Assembly: GCF_902713615.1 (NCBI RefSeq)
Contig: NC_052150.1
Location: forward strand, 98,941,441 to 99,005,440
DNA: 64,000 bases
Reading direction: 5' to 3'
Source: Scyliorhinus canicula
Lineage: Eukaryota
Position 1 is the stretch's first letter; every line of letters begins with the position of its first letter. The notes under the pieces were generated by a model, which saw only the letters and a program-made list of their open reading frames with translations, did not search any database and was not told the origin of the DNA. This document shows, piece by piece, positions 1 through 12,815 of the stretch. The position numbers were made by a program, and so were the translations under genes.

Positions 1-1757
1 AATGCTTCAAAGAGTCATAGACCATCTCAACAATGGGTGGCCAAAAGGGAATTGTTCCAAGTTCAGGAATATTCAAGCAGATTGAACAGTTGTGGATGAT
101 TGTTACTTCGACTTGATCAGATAGTAATACCATTGTCTCTCTGACCCACGATTCTTAACCAAATTCATGAAGGTCACCTTGGCATTGAAAAATGCAAGAG
201 CAGAGCAAGACAAGCTGAGTATTGGCTGGGTATCAACCAAGACAGCACAGATATGATACTTGGATGCAAAACATGTCAGAAATTTCAACCTGCACAATGC
301 AAAGAAAAACTTCAACCGCATACATTGGAGACATCTCCATGGTCGAAAGTAGAAATTGATTTGTTTCATTGCAATAGTCATGATAATGTGTTAATCATCG
401 ACTACTTTGCAAATTATCCGGAAGTCATCAAGTCATCAGATCTCACATCCAGATCTGTTATAAAAGCAACAAATTAAAGTTTTGCCAGACATGGTATTCC
501 AACCACTGTCATGTCTGACCACGGGCCGTACTTTGATAGTCATGAATGGGCTGAATTCTCTTGAGAATACAACTTCCCTCACATCACTTCAAGTCATACT
601 ACCCTCAATCAAATGGTAAAGTGGAGAAAGGAGTTCATATCATGAAACAACTTCTTTACAAAGCTTTGGAATCTCATGCAGACATGAATCTAGCATTACT
701 TACCGATAGAGCAGCTCCTCTTTCCATGGGTCTATCACCAGTGCAATTGTTGATGAACAGGGATTTAAGGACTACTTTACCGTCCATTTCACTACCTGAT
801 CCAGATCATCCACCTGTGATACAAAAGATCAAACATTAACGAGATAAACAACAACTGTATTACGATCAACAAGCAAATACACTGGACACACTGCTTCCAG
901 GTGACATAGTCAGGATTAAAAAGTCCTGATTGAGGGTGGTCTGCTCCAACAAAAGTTGTTCAACAAGCAGCACCACATTCCTATGTCGTTCAATCAGCTG
1001 AAGGATCAAATGTTCAACGTAATCGACGAACATTATTGAAATTTAAACAACACAATAACATCTTTCCAGATCTACAACTCCATAAAAGTATTTTCAATGA
1101 TACAATGACAACTTTGAAAGTTTGCAAAGCTTCCCAGAGGACTGTAAACACTTCTGCGTCTCCTCTTCGTGGTTTAAGAAGGTCAACCAGAAAAAGAAAG
1201 AAGCCAGGCGGACTCAATTAGTGAATCGTACCTGCTGAACTATTTCGTTGTTGATTTTTCACTACATGACAAAGTTACATACACATCATGTATTGTAATA
1301 ATATTATACATTTTTTCCTTTGTAAATAGAAAAGAAATGTTCAAAAAAGAGAGATGTAATGATATGTATATAGGCAAGCTAGTGATGGGTTAATTATTCC
1401 ATCTCTGTGTAATTCAAACACTAGAGGGCACCACCATTTCTCTGTGTATAAATCAGACCTCAGGGAATGCTGGGTAGTTAGTAAGAGTTAGCAAAGGAGA
1501 AAGCCTGAGAACAGCACGAGTAATAGATTAGATTCGAGAGAGTTAACACGAGGATAATAGGAGTGACTACTAGATTATTGATTACTGCTAGACAGATTCA
1601 GTATTACTTTATTATTAACTATAGCTCAGTAGCGTATACGAACTTCATTTTATTAATCATTATCCAATAAATTAGTTTAGTTTCAATCTAATGACTCGTG
1701 GATTTCTTGTCATCAACTCAATGGACCATTCTGGATCAAAAGAGAAAGAACATGACA
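1..1757 (+). mobile_element. 3' part of a decayed Ty3/Gypsy LTR retrotransposon (integrase plus 3' LTR)
   Basis: Broken frames give the integrase HHCC zinc motif (IHEGHLGIEKCKSRAR...CKTCQ), PWSKVEIDLF and YPQSNGKVEKGV, with stops and frameshifts; a purine tract AAAAAAGAGAGA lies just before the LTR. Confidence 0.9.
1355..1757 (+). repeat. 3' LTR of the Gypsy element
   Basis: Begins TGTAATG right after the polypurine tract and ends CATGACA (imperfect terminal inverted repeat); TATAAA near 1447 and AATAAA near 1666. Confidence 0.75.
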
Positions 1758-2370
1758 TATTACCACCAAGGGTAATATAACAGATGGCGGCAGCAGGCTG
1801 GAAAAACGGTGTTAAAGCCGACCCCAGTGGTGACTTTCTCCAACGCATTGTTCGGGAGATTGAAAATAAAAAGCCAAGGGGAAGGTTCCATAATGTCACA
1901 ATGGCGGGGCAGACTCAGATTGAGCCCACCCACCCCCAGCAACTTGGCTTTTTAAAGATCAGGACACCATTTTTAAAGGCCACCCTAATACTGTCAGGCA
2001 TGTCCCTTTCTTCTCTGAGCGATGCACTCACCTGGGCTCCTTCAACGGGTATGTCACCACGTGTATGCCATGGGAGACCAGTCGCAATTAATTTTGGCAT
2101 GCCCTCATTCTGAAATGAATGGATTATCTAACAGCGGGTTTTGGGAGTGAGGTGGGGGGATGATCAGGTGTACAGGACTGATAATTACACTCTAATCTAT
2201 TATAATTCCAGACAATGAACGCCAGGATATTCCCGTTATATCACCGGCATGGGAGCGGGTGGCAACAATCACGGCGAGCCTTCCTGTCAACATAAAACGC
2301 AATTTGGGCCTCTTGCAAATGATTCCACTCCAATCACCATTCGCACCTAAACAGAATGGGTGTGGAAATT

Positions 2371-3504
2371 AATTTTCTATCATCATAATCCATTGACTGC
2401 ACCAATAGCCTCAGATATTACTGTCAATTCTATTTGTTGCAATCAGTAACTGTGGAAGAATTTGTATCCAGCAGAACACATACTTCATATTCATAAACTT
2501 CATCGCACCCTCAAACATTTACATTGCTGCAAGTCACACAGCCAGCATCTCACATACTTCTCACTGATTACCCATGACAGTCACATCATCCAAACAGGTT
2601 CCACAACAGTTTCTGCCACTGTACCCTCTCTCTTGCATCACAAGTTGGCAAGCGACCTGAAGCAACAGGATTTTAGTCCACGCCACATCCATTGCCCTGC
2701 ACATAATAAACTCAAAAATAAGATTATCATGAGGTGGCTGAGTTAAAATACCATGGACAGCCGTACTGAAACTTTGCTCTTTTTCCTTGCGGTATCAGAC
2801 ACCCACACCACCACCAGCATTGTATTCTCAAAGCACCTTGCCATTCGGATGGAGTTAATTCCCACTTCCTTATGCCTTTCAGGTATGGAATGGATCTGAT
2901 CGCCCAGAACCAGGCCCATGATCTCCCATGAAGCATTTTCTGCCATCACCAGTTACTGGACTCCTTCGTTATCAGAGTGTCAGTCGCAGTGGTCAGACAA
3001 CTCTCACAGGTATTATGACCTAAATATATATATTCACATTGATGCTGATGATTCTCATTGACAGCGGTATTACTTAGGATTTTGTGCAATTATTTTCCCT
3101 ACAAACCTGGTGCAACAAAACTGTAAGTGGTCAGGATTCTCTGTTTGGGAGACTAATAGGACATGATTTGCAGGCTTCATTACGCTCACGCTCGAGCGAA
3201 ACGAAGCCGATGAATAGCGGGAGAGGCCAACAACAAAAGCCGTGGCAGTTTGCAATGCCAAAGGCCCACTCCCAGAGGTGACATCACCGTACCATGGCGG
3301 GTAACCAATTATCATGACTCAAGCCCTTTTTCCATATAATTAACTAGAGCGACCCCATATCCAACGGCCCCCCATGATTCAGCGGCCTCCCCAGCAAGTG
3401 GTCAGGCTAGCGCCAATTAATACTCCTTCTGAAAACCATGAACCTGGTGGAAGAGCTTCTTTAGGGAACCGAGGAGGTGAGTAGCCATCATTGCTCACGG
3501 GCTC
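2371..3504. repeat. Donor arm of a 1134-bp inverted duplication (partner 5440-6573)
   Basis: Position x maps to 8944-x with no indels; mirrored ORFs (2462..2746+ vs 6198..6482-, 3070..3315- vs 5629..5874+); about 24 substitutions counted by eye. Confidence 0.97.
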
Positions 3505-3681
3505 AATAAAAGCCCTTGTGAACAACTAGTATGACACCTCTGTCATTTTCCTCTTGTAATTCGGGCCGACCTCTCAATCTTTCGCCCATCTCTCCAGGCA
3601 TCTATCCCCCCCGGCATGAACCCACCCTCCAATCATGGACATGTCCACGGAACTGTGTCCCATCCCCTGGTGTTCGGATGT

Positions 3682-4980
3682 TAGAACATAGAACATAGAA
3701 CACTACAGCGCAGTACGGGCCCTTCGGCCCTCGATGTTGCACCGACCTGTGAAACCAACTGAAGCCTATCTGACCTACACTATTCCATTTTCATCCATAT
3801 ATCTATCCAGTGACCACTTAAATGCCCTTAAAGTTGGCGAGTCTACTACTATTGCAGGCAGGGCTTTCCACACTCCTACTACTCTCTGAGTAAAGAAACT
3901 GCCTCTGATATCTGTCCTATATCTATCACCCCTCAATTTAAAGCTATGTCCCCTCGTGTTGGTCATCACCAACCGAGGAAAAAGACTCTTACTATCCACT
4001 ATCTAACCCTCTGACTATCTTATATGTCTCTATTAAGTCACCTCTCAGCCTTCTCCTCTCTAACGAAAACAACCTCAATTCCCTGAGCCTTTCCTCGTAA
4101 GACCTTCCCTCCATACCAGGCAACATCCTAGTAAATCTCCTCTGAACTCTTTCCAAAGCTTTCACATCCTTCCTATAATGTGGTGACCAGAACTGCACGC
4201 AGTACTCCAGGTGTGGCCGCACCAGAGTTATGTACAGCTGCAGCATGACCTTGTGGTTCCGAAACTCAATCCCCCTGCTTATAAAGGCTAGCACACCATA
4301 TGCCTTCTTAACAGCCCTATTAACCTGGGTGGCAACTTTCAGGGATTTATGTACCTGAATGCCGAGATCTCTCTGTTCATCAACACTACCAAGAATCTTG
4401 CCATTAGCCCAGTACTCTGCATTCCTGTTACTCCTTCCAAAGTGAACCACCTCACACTTTTCCGCATTAAACTCCATCTGCCACCTCTCAGCCCAGCTCT
4501 GTAGCTTATCTATGTCCCTCTGTATCCTATAACATCCTTCAGCACTATCCACAACTCAACCAACCTTCGTGTCATCTGCAAATTTACTAACCCATCCTTC
4601 TACACCCTCTTCCAGGTCATTTATAAAAATGACAAACAGCAGTGTCCCCAAAACAGATCCTTGCGGTACACCACTAGTAACTGAACTCCAGGATGAACAT
4701 TTGCCATCAACCACCACCCTCTGTCTTCTTTCAGCTAGCCAATTACTAATCCAAACCGCTAAATCACCTTCAATTCCATACTTCCTTATTTTCTGCAATA
4801 GCCTACCGTGGGGAACCTAATCAAACGCCTTACTGAAATCCATATACACCACATCAACAGCTTTACCCTGATCCACCTGTTTGGTCACCTTCTCAAAAAA
4901 CTCAATAAGGTTTGTGAGACATGACCTACCCTTCACAAAACCGTGTTGAGTATCGCTAATCAACTTGTTCTTTTCAAGAT
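3682..4980 (-). mobile_element. 5'-truncated CR1 LINE (RT C-terminal half plus 3' tail)
   Basis: ORFs 3775-5011(-) carry [36 protein letters not shown] and LVRPHLEYCVQFWSP; (TGTTCTA)n 3' tail; stop codons present. Confidence 0.95.
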
Positions 4981-5439
4981 GCTGCTGCATCTGTGGTGTT
5001 GCCTCCCTCATTGTTCAAGCACAGTGTCCAGGTATCAAGGAGTGATTGGGATGCTAAGCAATGGCTCCCAAATGCTACATGGCCCTGCCACCCACAGGAA
5101 TCCATGTGGGTTGTGTGAAGTGCTCACTTAACCACAACTGCCAATTTCCTTTAAGCAATAGCCTTCAGCCGCACGGCAAGAGCCCTCAGCAGTCAATGGG
5201 GATTATGGGTGGTTGGTGGAGCAGGTGGGCAGGGACGTGGGACATGCCTCTGGAGCGAGTACACATGATACAGGGGTTGGCAGGTAGTGCCGCATGAGGT
5301 TGGCCCCCCCCTCCCCCAGTTCTGCCCCAGCGCCTCTCCCCCCACACTCCCATGGCAGTCCACCCCTACGGAGGGTCCTCCACCCTCAGCTGAGGATTCG
5401 GGTGGCACGTCCAGTGCTCACGTGCTCTTTACAGGTAAA

Positions 5440-6573
5440 GAGCCCGTGAGCAATGATGGCTACTCACCTCCTCGGCTCCCTAAAGAAGCCCTTCCGTCAG
5501 GTTCATGGTTTTCAGAAGGAGTATTAATTGGCGCTAGCCTGACCACTTGCTGGGGAGGCCTCTGAATCACGGGAGGCCGTTGGATATGGGGTCGCTCTAG
5601 TTAATTATATGGAAAAAGGGCTTGAGTCATGATAATTGGTTACCCGCCATGCTACGGTGATTTCACCTCTGGGAGGGGGCCGGTGGCATTGCAAACTGCC
5701 ACGGTTTTTGTTGTTGGCCTCTCCCGCTATTCATCGGCCTCATTTCGCTCGAGCGTGAGCGTAATGAAGCCTGCAAATCATGTCCTATTAGTCTCCCAAA
5801 CAGAGAATCCTGACCGCTTACAGTTTTGTTGCACCAGGTTTGTAGGGAAAATAATTGCACAAAATCCTAAGTAATACCGCTGTCAATGAGGATCATCAGC
5901 ATCAATGTGAATATATATATTTAGGTCATAATACCGGTGAGAGTTGTCTGACCACTGCGACTGACACTCTGATAACGAAGGAGTCCAGTAACTGGTGATG
6001 GCAGAAAATGCTTCATGGGAGATCATGGACCTGGTTCTGGGCGATCAGATCCATTCCATACCTGAAAGGCATAAGGAAGTGGGAATTAACTCCATCTGAA
6101 TGGCAAGGTGCTTTGAGAATACAATGCTGGTGGTGGTGTGGGTGTCTGATACCGCAAGGAAAAAGAGCAAAGTTTCAGTACGGCTGTCCATGGTATTTTA
6201 ACTCAGCCACCTCATGATAATCTTATTTTTGAGTTTATTATGTGCAGGGCAATGGGTGTGGCGTGGACTAAAATCCTGTTGCTTCAGGTCGCTTGCCAAC
6301 TTGTGATGCAAGAGAGAGGGTACAGTGGCAGAAAATGTTGTGGAACCTGTTTGGATGATGTGACTGTCATGGGTAATCAGTGAGAAGTATGTGAGATGCT
6401 GGCTGTGTGACTTGCAGCAATGTAAATGTTTGAGGGTGCGATGAAGTTTATGAATATGAAGTATGTGTTCTGCTGGATACAAATTCTTCCACAGTTACTG
6501 ATTGCAACAAATAGAATTGTCAGCAATATCTGAGGCTATTGGTGCAGTCAATGGATTATGATGATAGAAAATT
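5440..6573. repeat. Inserted arm of the 1134-bp inverted duplication
   Basis: Reverse complement of 2371-3504; flanked by a 28-bp direct repeat (5409-5436 and 6577-6604, one mismatch). Confidence 0.97.
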
Positions 6574-6603
6574 CAAGTCCAGTGCTCACGGGCTCTTTAC
6601 AGG

Positions 6604-8301
6604 TGGCCTTTGATGCCCCTGATAGGCATCTTCTGGGGGTTTTGGGGCCGAAGAGCCCTGGCTCACTTGTCAGCAGCACATGCACAGCCGTGCTGCCCTG
6701 TCCCTTGTGCTGGTGGGAGATGCAACCTCATCAGAGGGGTGGAACTCGGGGGAGCTGGTGGCTACCGTCACCACTCCATGGGATGGGTCCGGGTAGCCAC
6801 CCAGCACCCACTCCTCCTGGTTCAAGTCCCAGCTACCCCGGCATCATCTGGCTCTGCCAGCCCTAGCTGCTCCCCGATGTCTGCATCAACGTGATGACTC
6901 CCTCGGCGATGCTCCTCAGTGACTGGGCTATGCTCTGCAGTGTGTCGACAATTCCCACCTGTGACTGGGACAAGCTCCGCAGCGACTCAGCCAATCCCAT
7001 CTGATATCGGGATATTTCCCACAGAACCTCATGAAGGTCAGCCTGGTACTAGGCCACGTGCCCCAGCAAGTTGGACAGTCTGCTGAGACCCTCAGCCATA
7101 GCCATCACCCACTGTGATATGCCATGGACACCTTCACTAATGGTGTTGATGTTGTGCACCAGGTTCTCCACCACGGTCACCACCCTAGCAGTGTTGGCTT
7201 CGGTGCCACTCATTGCCGGCAACAGCTCCAGCCCCCGTAGCCTCTGGGACTCCTCAATGTGACTATGGACCCTCTGACATCTCCCTCTGAATATCATGGC
7301 CGCTCCCTAAGGTGTCCATCAGCTCTGGGATGACCTCTTCCATCAGGATGGACCCATCTGGGTTTTGGGATCCAGAAGACCTCCGACTGCTGTCTTGCCT
7401 GTACATCAGCAGAGTATGGTGCTCACCAGATTGAGCCTCAGCAGCCTATCCAATAACATGACCCAACAAGGTACGTCTATCTGCGCTGGGAGGTTGAGGA
7501 TGACAGCTGTGATGCAACTATGATGGTGGCATCCTCGGAGCTCTCCTACGAGGTGATCTCCTGCGAGTTAGGAGAGGGGGCCGCCCGGGATAGGCCGCGC
7601 CGCCGGCTGGAGGACCTGTGGGAGAATGGACATGTGGTCAGTGGGAGGGATGGGTCAGTCAGTAAGGCAGTAACAACTCACGTTTGACAGATTCTCCTGG
7701 TGGAGCCCGGTGGTTCCTCACCTCTGTGGTGTCCACCAGCCTCCGCATTGGTGACCGCTCTGTCCTCGGCCACCCCTGTCACCTCCAGGGCATGCTCCTC
7801 AAAGGCAATGAGGACTCTAATGTCAATCACACCTCTGCCAGTCTGAGTCTTCTCCCGCCGATTGTGGGGGAGATTTTCCTGAGGAGACACAGAGAGGGCA
7901 TTGCTAACCACACCCGTGGTTCACAGTGGTGGGAGGGGGGTGTGAAGGAAAGGTTTGGGGGGTGTTGAAGAGAGAGGGGGGTGGACGTCGCATGGAGATT
8001 TGGGAGGTGGATGTTCACGTGGGGGCAGAAAGGTCTCGGGAGGTGGGGCGACATTGGTGTCTACTCACCCGTGCTGCCAATTGTAGGTTGTTGAACTTTT
8101 TCTGTCACTGGAGGCCAGTCCTCCAGGAAACACTCCCGGTGTTCATAGGTGCCACCACCTCATCCCAGGTAACACTGGCTGCCCTGTGACTGACCCTCCG
8201 GGACCCTCAGGGAACAGGACATTCCTCCTGGCTTCATCTGCTTCTAGGAGCCTCCCCAGGTCAGCGTCCCTGAACCTTGGGGCCGGACTCCTCGGCGCCA
8301 T
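6604..8301 (-). pseudogene. Spliced Harbinger Myb/SANT-like (NAIF1/MSANTD-type) DNA-binding ORF, frameshifted
   Basis: ATG 8301 MAPRSPAPRFRDADLGRLLEA...; WDEVV...RTGLQ*QKKFNNL; donor GTGAG at 8068; exon 7878-7722 ENLPHNRREKTQTGRG...FEEHALEVTG; next acceptor CAG before 7615. 3' limit is approximate. Confidence 0.75.
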
Positions 8302-8676
8302 TGTTGCAAGCTGGCTGGGGTTGGCTGAGCGAGTGCTGCTTCGGTGCTGCTTGACCTCGATAGCACTGGCTGGCGAGCCTTAATTTATGGTGAGAACCCT
8401 GCAGGGCCTTGTTAAGTGGACCAATTAACTTTGAATTGGGTTGCCAGCCTTGCTGGGTAGAGTGTTGGAAAGCTGGCAGCAGTTCCCACTTGCTACCACA
8501 CATAAATCTTTCCAGAGAATCGTGTCCGAAGTGTTGATACGGGTACTGAATTGCGAGCAGTTCGCCTTCCTGTTGGGCGTGTTATTCAGGGAGTAATTCA
8601 GACATGCTGATGGGCCAGCACTCTGCCCATCTGAATTTGGAGCAATTCCCACTCCCGCCGGTGTCTGATTCATGTG

Positions 8677-8980
8677 GGGCCAGAATTGTGCTGGAGAGCT
8701 CGACAACTGGAGCTGTTCAGAAGCACTCCGCTCCACACATACTCTCATTCCAGCCAAGGAGATGGCATCCAGGAGACCTGCACCCCGAGTTCTGGACCGT
8801 GATCTGAATGCAGTGGAGGAGAGGCGGGCCAACCCTATTCCCCAGGGTGGGCAGGAGGCACCATGCCTGCCATTGTGAGCCGGGCCTGGGAGGAAGTGGC
8901 AGAGGTGGTCAGTGCTGCCAGTTTGAACAGGTGGACCAGCACTCAGTGTCGAAAGAAGATTAATTACTTCCTTAGGGCAT
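8677..8980 (+). mobile_element. 5' fragment of a second Harbinger-type element with Myb/SANT exon 1
   Basis: MASRRPAPRVLDRDL... then (frameshift) AWEEVAEVVSAASLNRWTSTQCRKKINY; TIR-like GGGCCAGAATT at about 8677. Confidence 0.7.
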
Positions 8981-9618
8981 CCCTCATCGCACGCCGGAGA
9001 ATCCTGCTCGGCTGGCGATGGGTAGCACCACCCACAGCGGCAGACTGGCTGGCAGACCTGGCGGAATTTCTCCAACTGGAGAAGATCAAGTTCACCATCC
9101 GAGGGTCGGGCAAGGGCTTCCTCAAAGAGTGTGGACCATTCATCAGCCTGTTCCAAGGCCTGTTTGAGGCCATCAGCAACTAAGAAAGGGGGGGGGGGGA
9201 GAGAGAGAGAAGGAGGAAGACAAGGGAAGCACACACAAGAGAAAGGGGCGGGGGGGGGCGGAGGGTGGTGGGGGGGGCGGAGGGTGGTGGGGGGTGAGGA
9301 AGCGAACCCAAGGGAAGCACAAAATGAAGCACAAGGACGAGGGGAGGAAGTAAAGGGCCATGCAGCTCCCACCCCGCCAACAATAAAAACGAAAATCCCC
9401 AGCAGAAAGAAACGGAGCACAATACGGGGTTTCACAGGGCAGACAGCAACACTAAGAGGGGAACTAAACTACCAATGAGGGAAGGGGGGGGGGGGGGGGG
9501 GGAGTTCATATAAAAACCCTTGTAAACAATACACAAACTTGTTTGTAAATACCAGATACACATGAACTGTTTCTCTGCAAAAACTGGAAAACAGAAATAC
9601 AAATATATATATTTTTTA
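8981..9618 (+). mobile_element. 3' end of an L1/Tx1-type LINE (ORF2 C-terminus and G/A-rich 3' UTR)
   Basis: SLIARRRILLGWR...WLADLAEFLQLEKIKFTIRGS, homologous to 12080-12260. Confidence 0.8.
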
Positions 9619-9949
9619 ATTGATGCGATTGCTCAACATTTAAATTGGAAGAGAATGTAGCCAAGGCCAGATCCACAGTCAGTAGAATTGGTTAAGATCC
9701 AGGTCCAAATAAAACAGTTAGAAAGGCAGCAAAACCAGAGAGAAATGGAAATGAAAATGAAGTGAGAGGAAAGAGTGAATGAGAGAAAGGAAAAGGAAAG
9801 AGAAATGGAGAGAGAGCAAAAGAAAAAGAAATGGAAGTGAGGAAGTTAGAATTAGAAAAAGACTTCTAGCTAAATGTACTGGAAAGGGGTGGGTACCTTC
9901 CAGAATGTGAAGGGGAACCTCGCCCTAGAACATAACTTTGTGATGGATC

Positions 9950-10593
9950 AGGCGGGATTCTCCGAAACGGAGAGAAACAGCCGACGCTGGAGTGAAACCC
10001 AGAGTGTTTCACTCCGGTGTCGGAGGCCGCTCCTCGCCCCCTATTCTCCCCCCACTGGGGGGGCTAGGAGCGGCGGTGCGCGATTCTCGGGCTCCGGGCC
10101 TTGACGCTTCCGTCAAAGCGGCGCGCCGAGAATGACACGGCCGGCAGCGCCTAAGTGACATCAGCCGCGCATGCGCAGGTTGGCCGGTGCCAACCCGCGC
10201 ATGCATTGTTGCTGTCTTCCCCTCATGGCGGTTTGATCTTGCGGGGCGGCGGAGGGAAAAGAGTGCATCTCTCGGGCCAGACATCTGATGAGCACGCCCG
10301 TGGTGCTCGATCCTCCCTCTGCCCCCCACAGGCCCCACACTTACCGGTCGCGTGATGTTCACGCCGGCAGTGACCAGGTGTGGTTGACGCCGGCGTGAAC
10401 CGGTCGGGTTCGTCAGGCCACTCGGCCCATACGGGCCGGAGAATCGCCGGTCGCCGTGAGAAACGGCGAGCAGCGATTCTTCGAGCGGCGTGTCGCAAAA
10501 CGCTGCACGCCATTTTTGGGGGAGTGGGAGAATCAAATGGGCGTGTCGTGATTCGCCCGGCCCTCCCGGCGTGGGGAGTGAAGAATCGCGCCC
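9950..10593. mobile_element. Harbinger-type MITE, family A (CpG-rich)
   Basis: TIRs AGGCGGGATTCT / AGAATCGCGCCC; reverse-complement homolog of 51691-52398; interrupts Gypsy gag. Confidence 0.85.
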
Positions 10594-10646
10594 GATGTTT
10601 TTAAGTTAATATCGGCTCTCCCAAAATTTGAAGAGAAAGAAGTTCT

Positions 10647-12405
10647 TTAGGGCTTTCTAGGAAATAGCCACCCAAATGAGGTGGACAAAAGAGAAGTGGA
10701 CTTCTCGGGATACAAACTGAATGTCGGGAAACGCGAGGTATTCCCAGTGAATGAGCTGGGACAGTGGGCTAATTTAGGGGGAATGCCATTTACGGTAGCG
10801 AGGAATAGGCTTAGGTATTTAGGTATTAGGTAGCGAGGGAATAGACGGGACTCCATCAGTGGAACTTAACAAAGCTGGTGGAGGAGGCCAGGGAGGATCT
10901 TAGGATCTTAGGTGGTGGGATACACTGTACTTAACGTTGGCGGGGAGTGTCCAAGTGGTGAAAATTAATATTCTGCCGAGGTTCTTGTTTATTTTTCAGG
11001 CTCTCCCGATCTTTATACCAAAGGCCTTTTTTAGTGGACACGATCATCTTGGACTTTGTATGGGCGGGGAAGGTGCCGAGGGTGGGGAGGACCCTGCTAC
11101 AGAGGCAGCAGAGGGGATTGGCATTGCTGAACTTGCTTCATTATTATTGGGCAGCGAATGTGGACTAGGTGCGGCGGTGGTAGGAAGGAGAAGGGGTAGA
11201 GTGGGTGTTAGGATGGAGGAGGAATCTTGTAAGGGGTCTAGTTTTAGGGCTATGGTGATGGCAGTGTTGCCAATGGCTCCGAGTAGGTATTCAGGGAGCC
11301 CAGTGTTGCAGTGCACGGTGAAGATATGGAATCAGCTGAGGAAGCATTTTAGGGTGGAAGGGATGTCGATGCTAATGCCGTTGTGCATTGGATTTGAGCC
11401 GGGGGGGAGGGGGATGGATAGTGTATACAGGAGGTGGAGGGAAGTGGGGCTGGTCAAGGTGAGGGATTTTTATTTGGAGGAGCTAAGGGAGAGGGTAGAG
11501 CTGTCGAGGGGTAGTGAGTTCAGGCATCTGCGGGTTAGGGACTTTGCATGAAAGGTTTGGAGGGGGTTCCCTAGATTGCCGGGATACACCCTGCTGGAGT
11601 GACTGCTGCTTCCGGATGTGGAAGGGGAGGCAAAAATTGGGGGACATATACAAGTGACTGGGGAGTAGGGAAGCAAGCGGGTGGTGAAGATCAAGGAGAA
11701 ATGGGAAGCGGAGTTGGGAATAGAGATCAATTGGGGAGTATGGAGGCACTGCGAAGGGTAAATGGGACCTCCTCTTGTGCAAGGATGAGCCTGATACAGT
11801 TTAAGGTGGTGCACAGGGTGCATATGACTCGGGCAAGAATGAGTGGGTTCTTTCGGCATTAGCAGTTGAGTGTGAGAGGTGTGGGCGGGTGCCAACGAAT
11901 CATGCGCACATGTTTTGGTGTTGTGAATAATTGGGAAGATTCTGGGTGGGAGTGTTCCCGATCCTAGCCAGGATAGTAGAGGAGGGAGTGGACCCAGACC
12001 CTTTGTTGGCGATATTTGGGGTTTCAGAGAAGCTGGAGCTCATGGAGAGGAGGAAGGCCGATATCTTGGCCTTCACTATCTGATTGCACAGAGACGAATT
12101 TTGCTGGAGTGGTGGTCGGTATCGCCACCGGGGGTAGCAGCATGGTTGGGTGACCTGTATGACTTCCTGAGGTTAGAGAAGATAAAGTATGAGTTAAGGG
12201 GCTCAGCAGGGGAGTTTGAGAAAAGGTGGGGGATGTTTGTGACCGTATTTGAGGAGCTGTTCATCACGGGGAGGGGGTGGGTGGGGGGGGGGTGAAAAAG
12301 AGGAAAACTCTGTACAGACTGTATAGTTGATTGTTGGTTTCCTGGGTGTTTATTGGCTGGAATCTGCTTTGATTCATGTTTGCAATAAAATGCATTTTAA
12401 AAACA
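10647..12405 (+). mobile_element. 5'-truncated L1/Tx1-type LINE ORF2
   Basis: FSGYKLNVGK, YLGI, VKINILPRFLFIFQALPIFIPKAFF, QFKVVHRVH, CERCGRVPTNHAHMFW, LYDFLRLEKIKYELRGS; AATAAA and A-rich tail at about 12385-12410. Confidence 0.9.
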
Positions 12406-12815
12406 AAGAAAAGTGGACATTACCCCTGCAGAGTATGGAGGACATACTTATGTTGTCTTGTTGGAGCAGGACTGAGGGACTATGACTCGGTGAAAAAGCT
12501 TTTCTAAATGCACATGAATTGGTTCCCAAAGCATATCGGCAAAAATTCTAGAATTTGAGAGAAAGCTGGGATAGACATATGCAGAATTTAAGAGGGTTAA
12601 ACAGAACAAATTTAGTAGATGGGTATGGGCTTTGGGAGTTGCAACTACCGAGAGATCTTTTCTTAGAGGAGTTTAAGAATTCCTTACCTTCAATAATAAG
12701 AACCCATGTTGAAGACCAAAGGGTACAAACTACTAGGCAAGCAGTAATTATGACTGACAATTCTGAGCTAATCCATAAATTTAAACCTTTGTTTCATCAC
12801 CCTCATAGTTTTTCA

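Larger units (their letters stand above)
3129..8527 (-). mobile_element. Decayed PIF/Harbinger DNA transposon carrying the Myb/SANT-like gene, interrupted by a CR1 and by the inverted insertion
   Basis: Imperfect TIRs GGTCAGGATTCTCTG (3129) and CAGAGAATCGTGTCC (ends 8527), matching the GGGCGGGATTCTCC-type TIRs elsewhere in the window; internal Myb/SANT exons. No clean TSD seen. Confidence 0.65.

Noticed and set aside
2371-6573. Inverted duplication as an assembly or read fold-back artefact
   Set aside because: The arms differ at about 2% of sites, are separated by 1.9 kb of distinct sequence, and have structured junctions.
8425-9435. 336-aa proline-rich ORF and the overlapping 106-aa Myb/L1 ORF (8863-9183)
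   Set aside because: They cross junctions of unrelated elements (Harbinger fragment, L1 3' end, G-rich UTR); accidental chimeric or antisense frames with no promoter or splice support.
9181-9503. Long G runs as functional G-quadruplexes
   Set aside because: Typical of L1 3' UTRs and MITE interiors here; homopolymer lengths are also unreliable.
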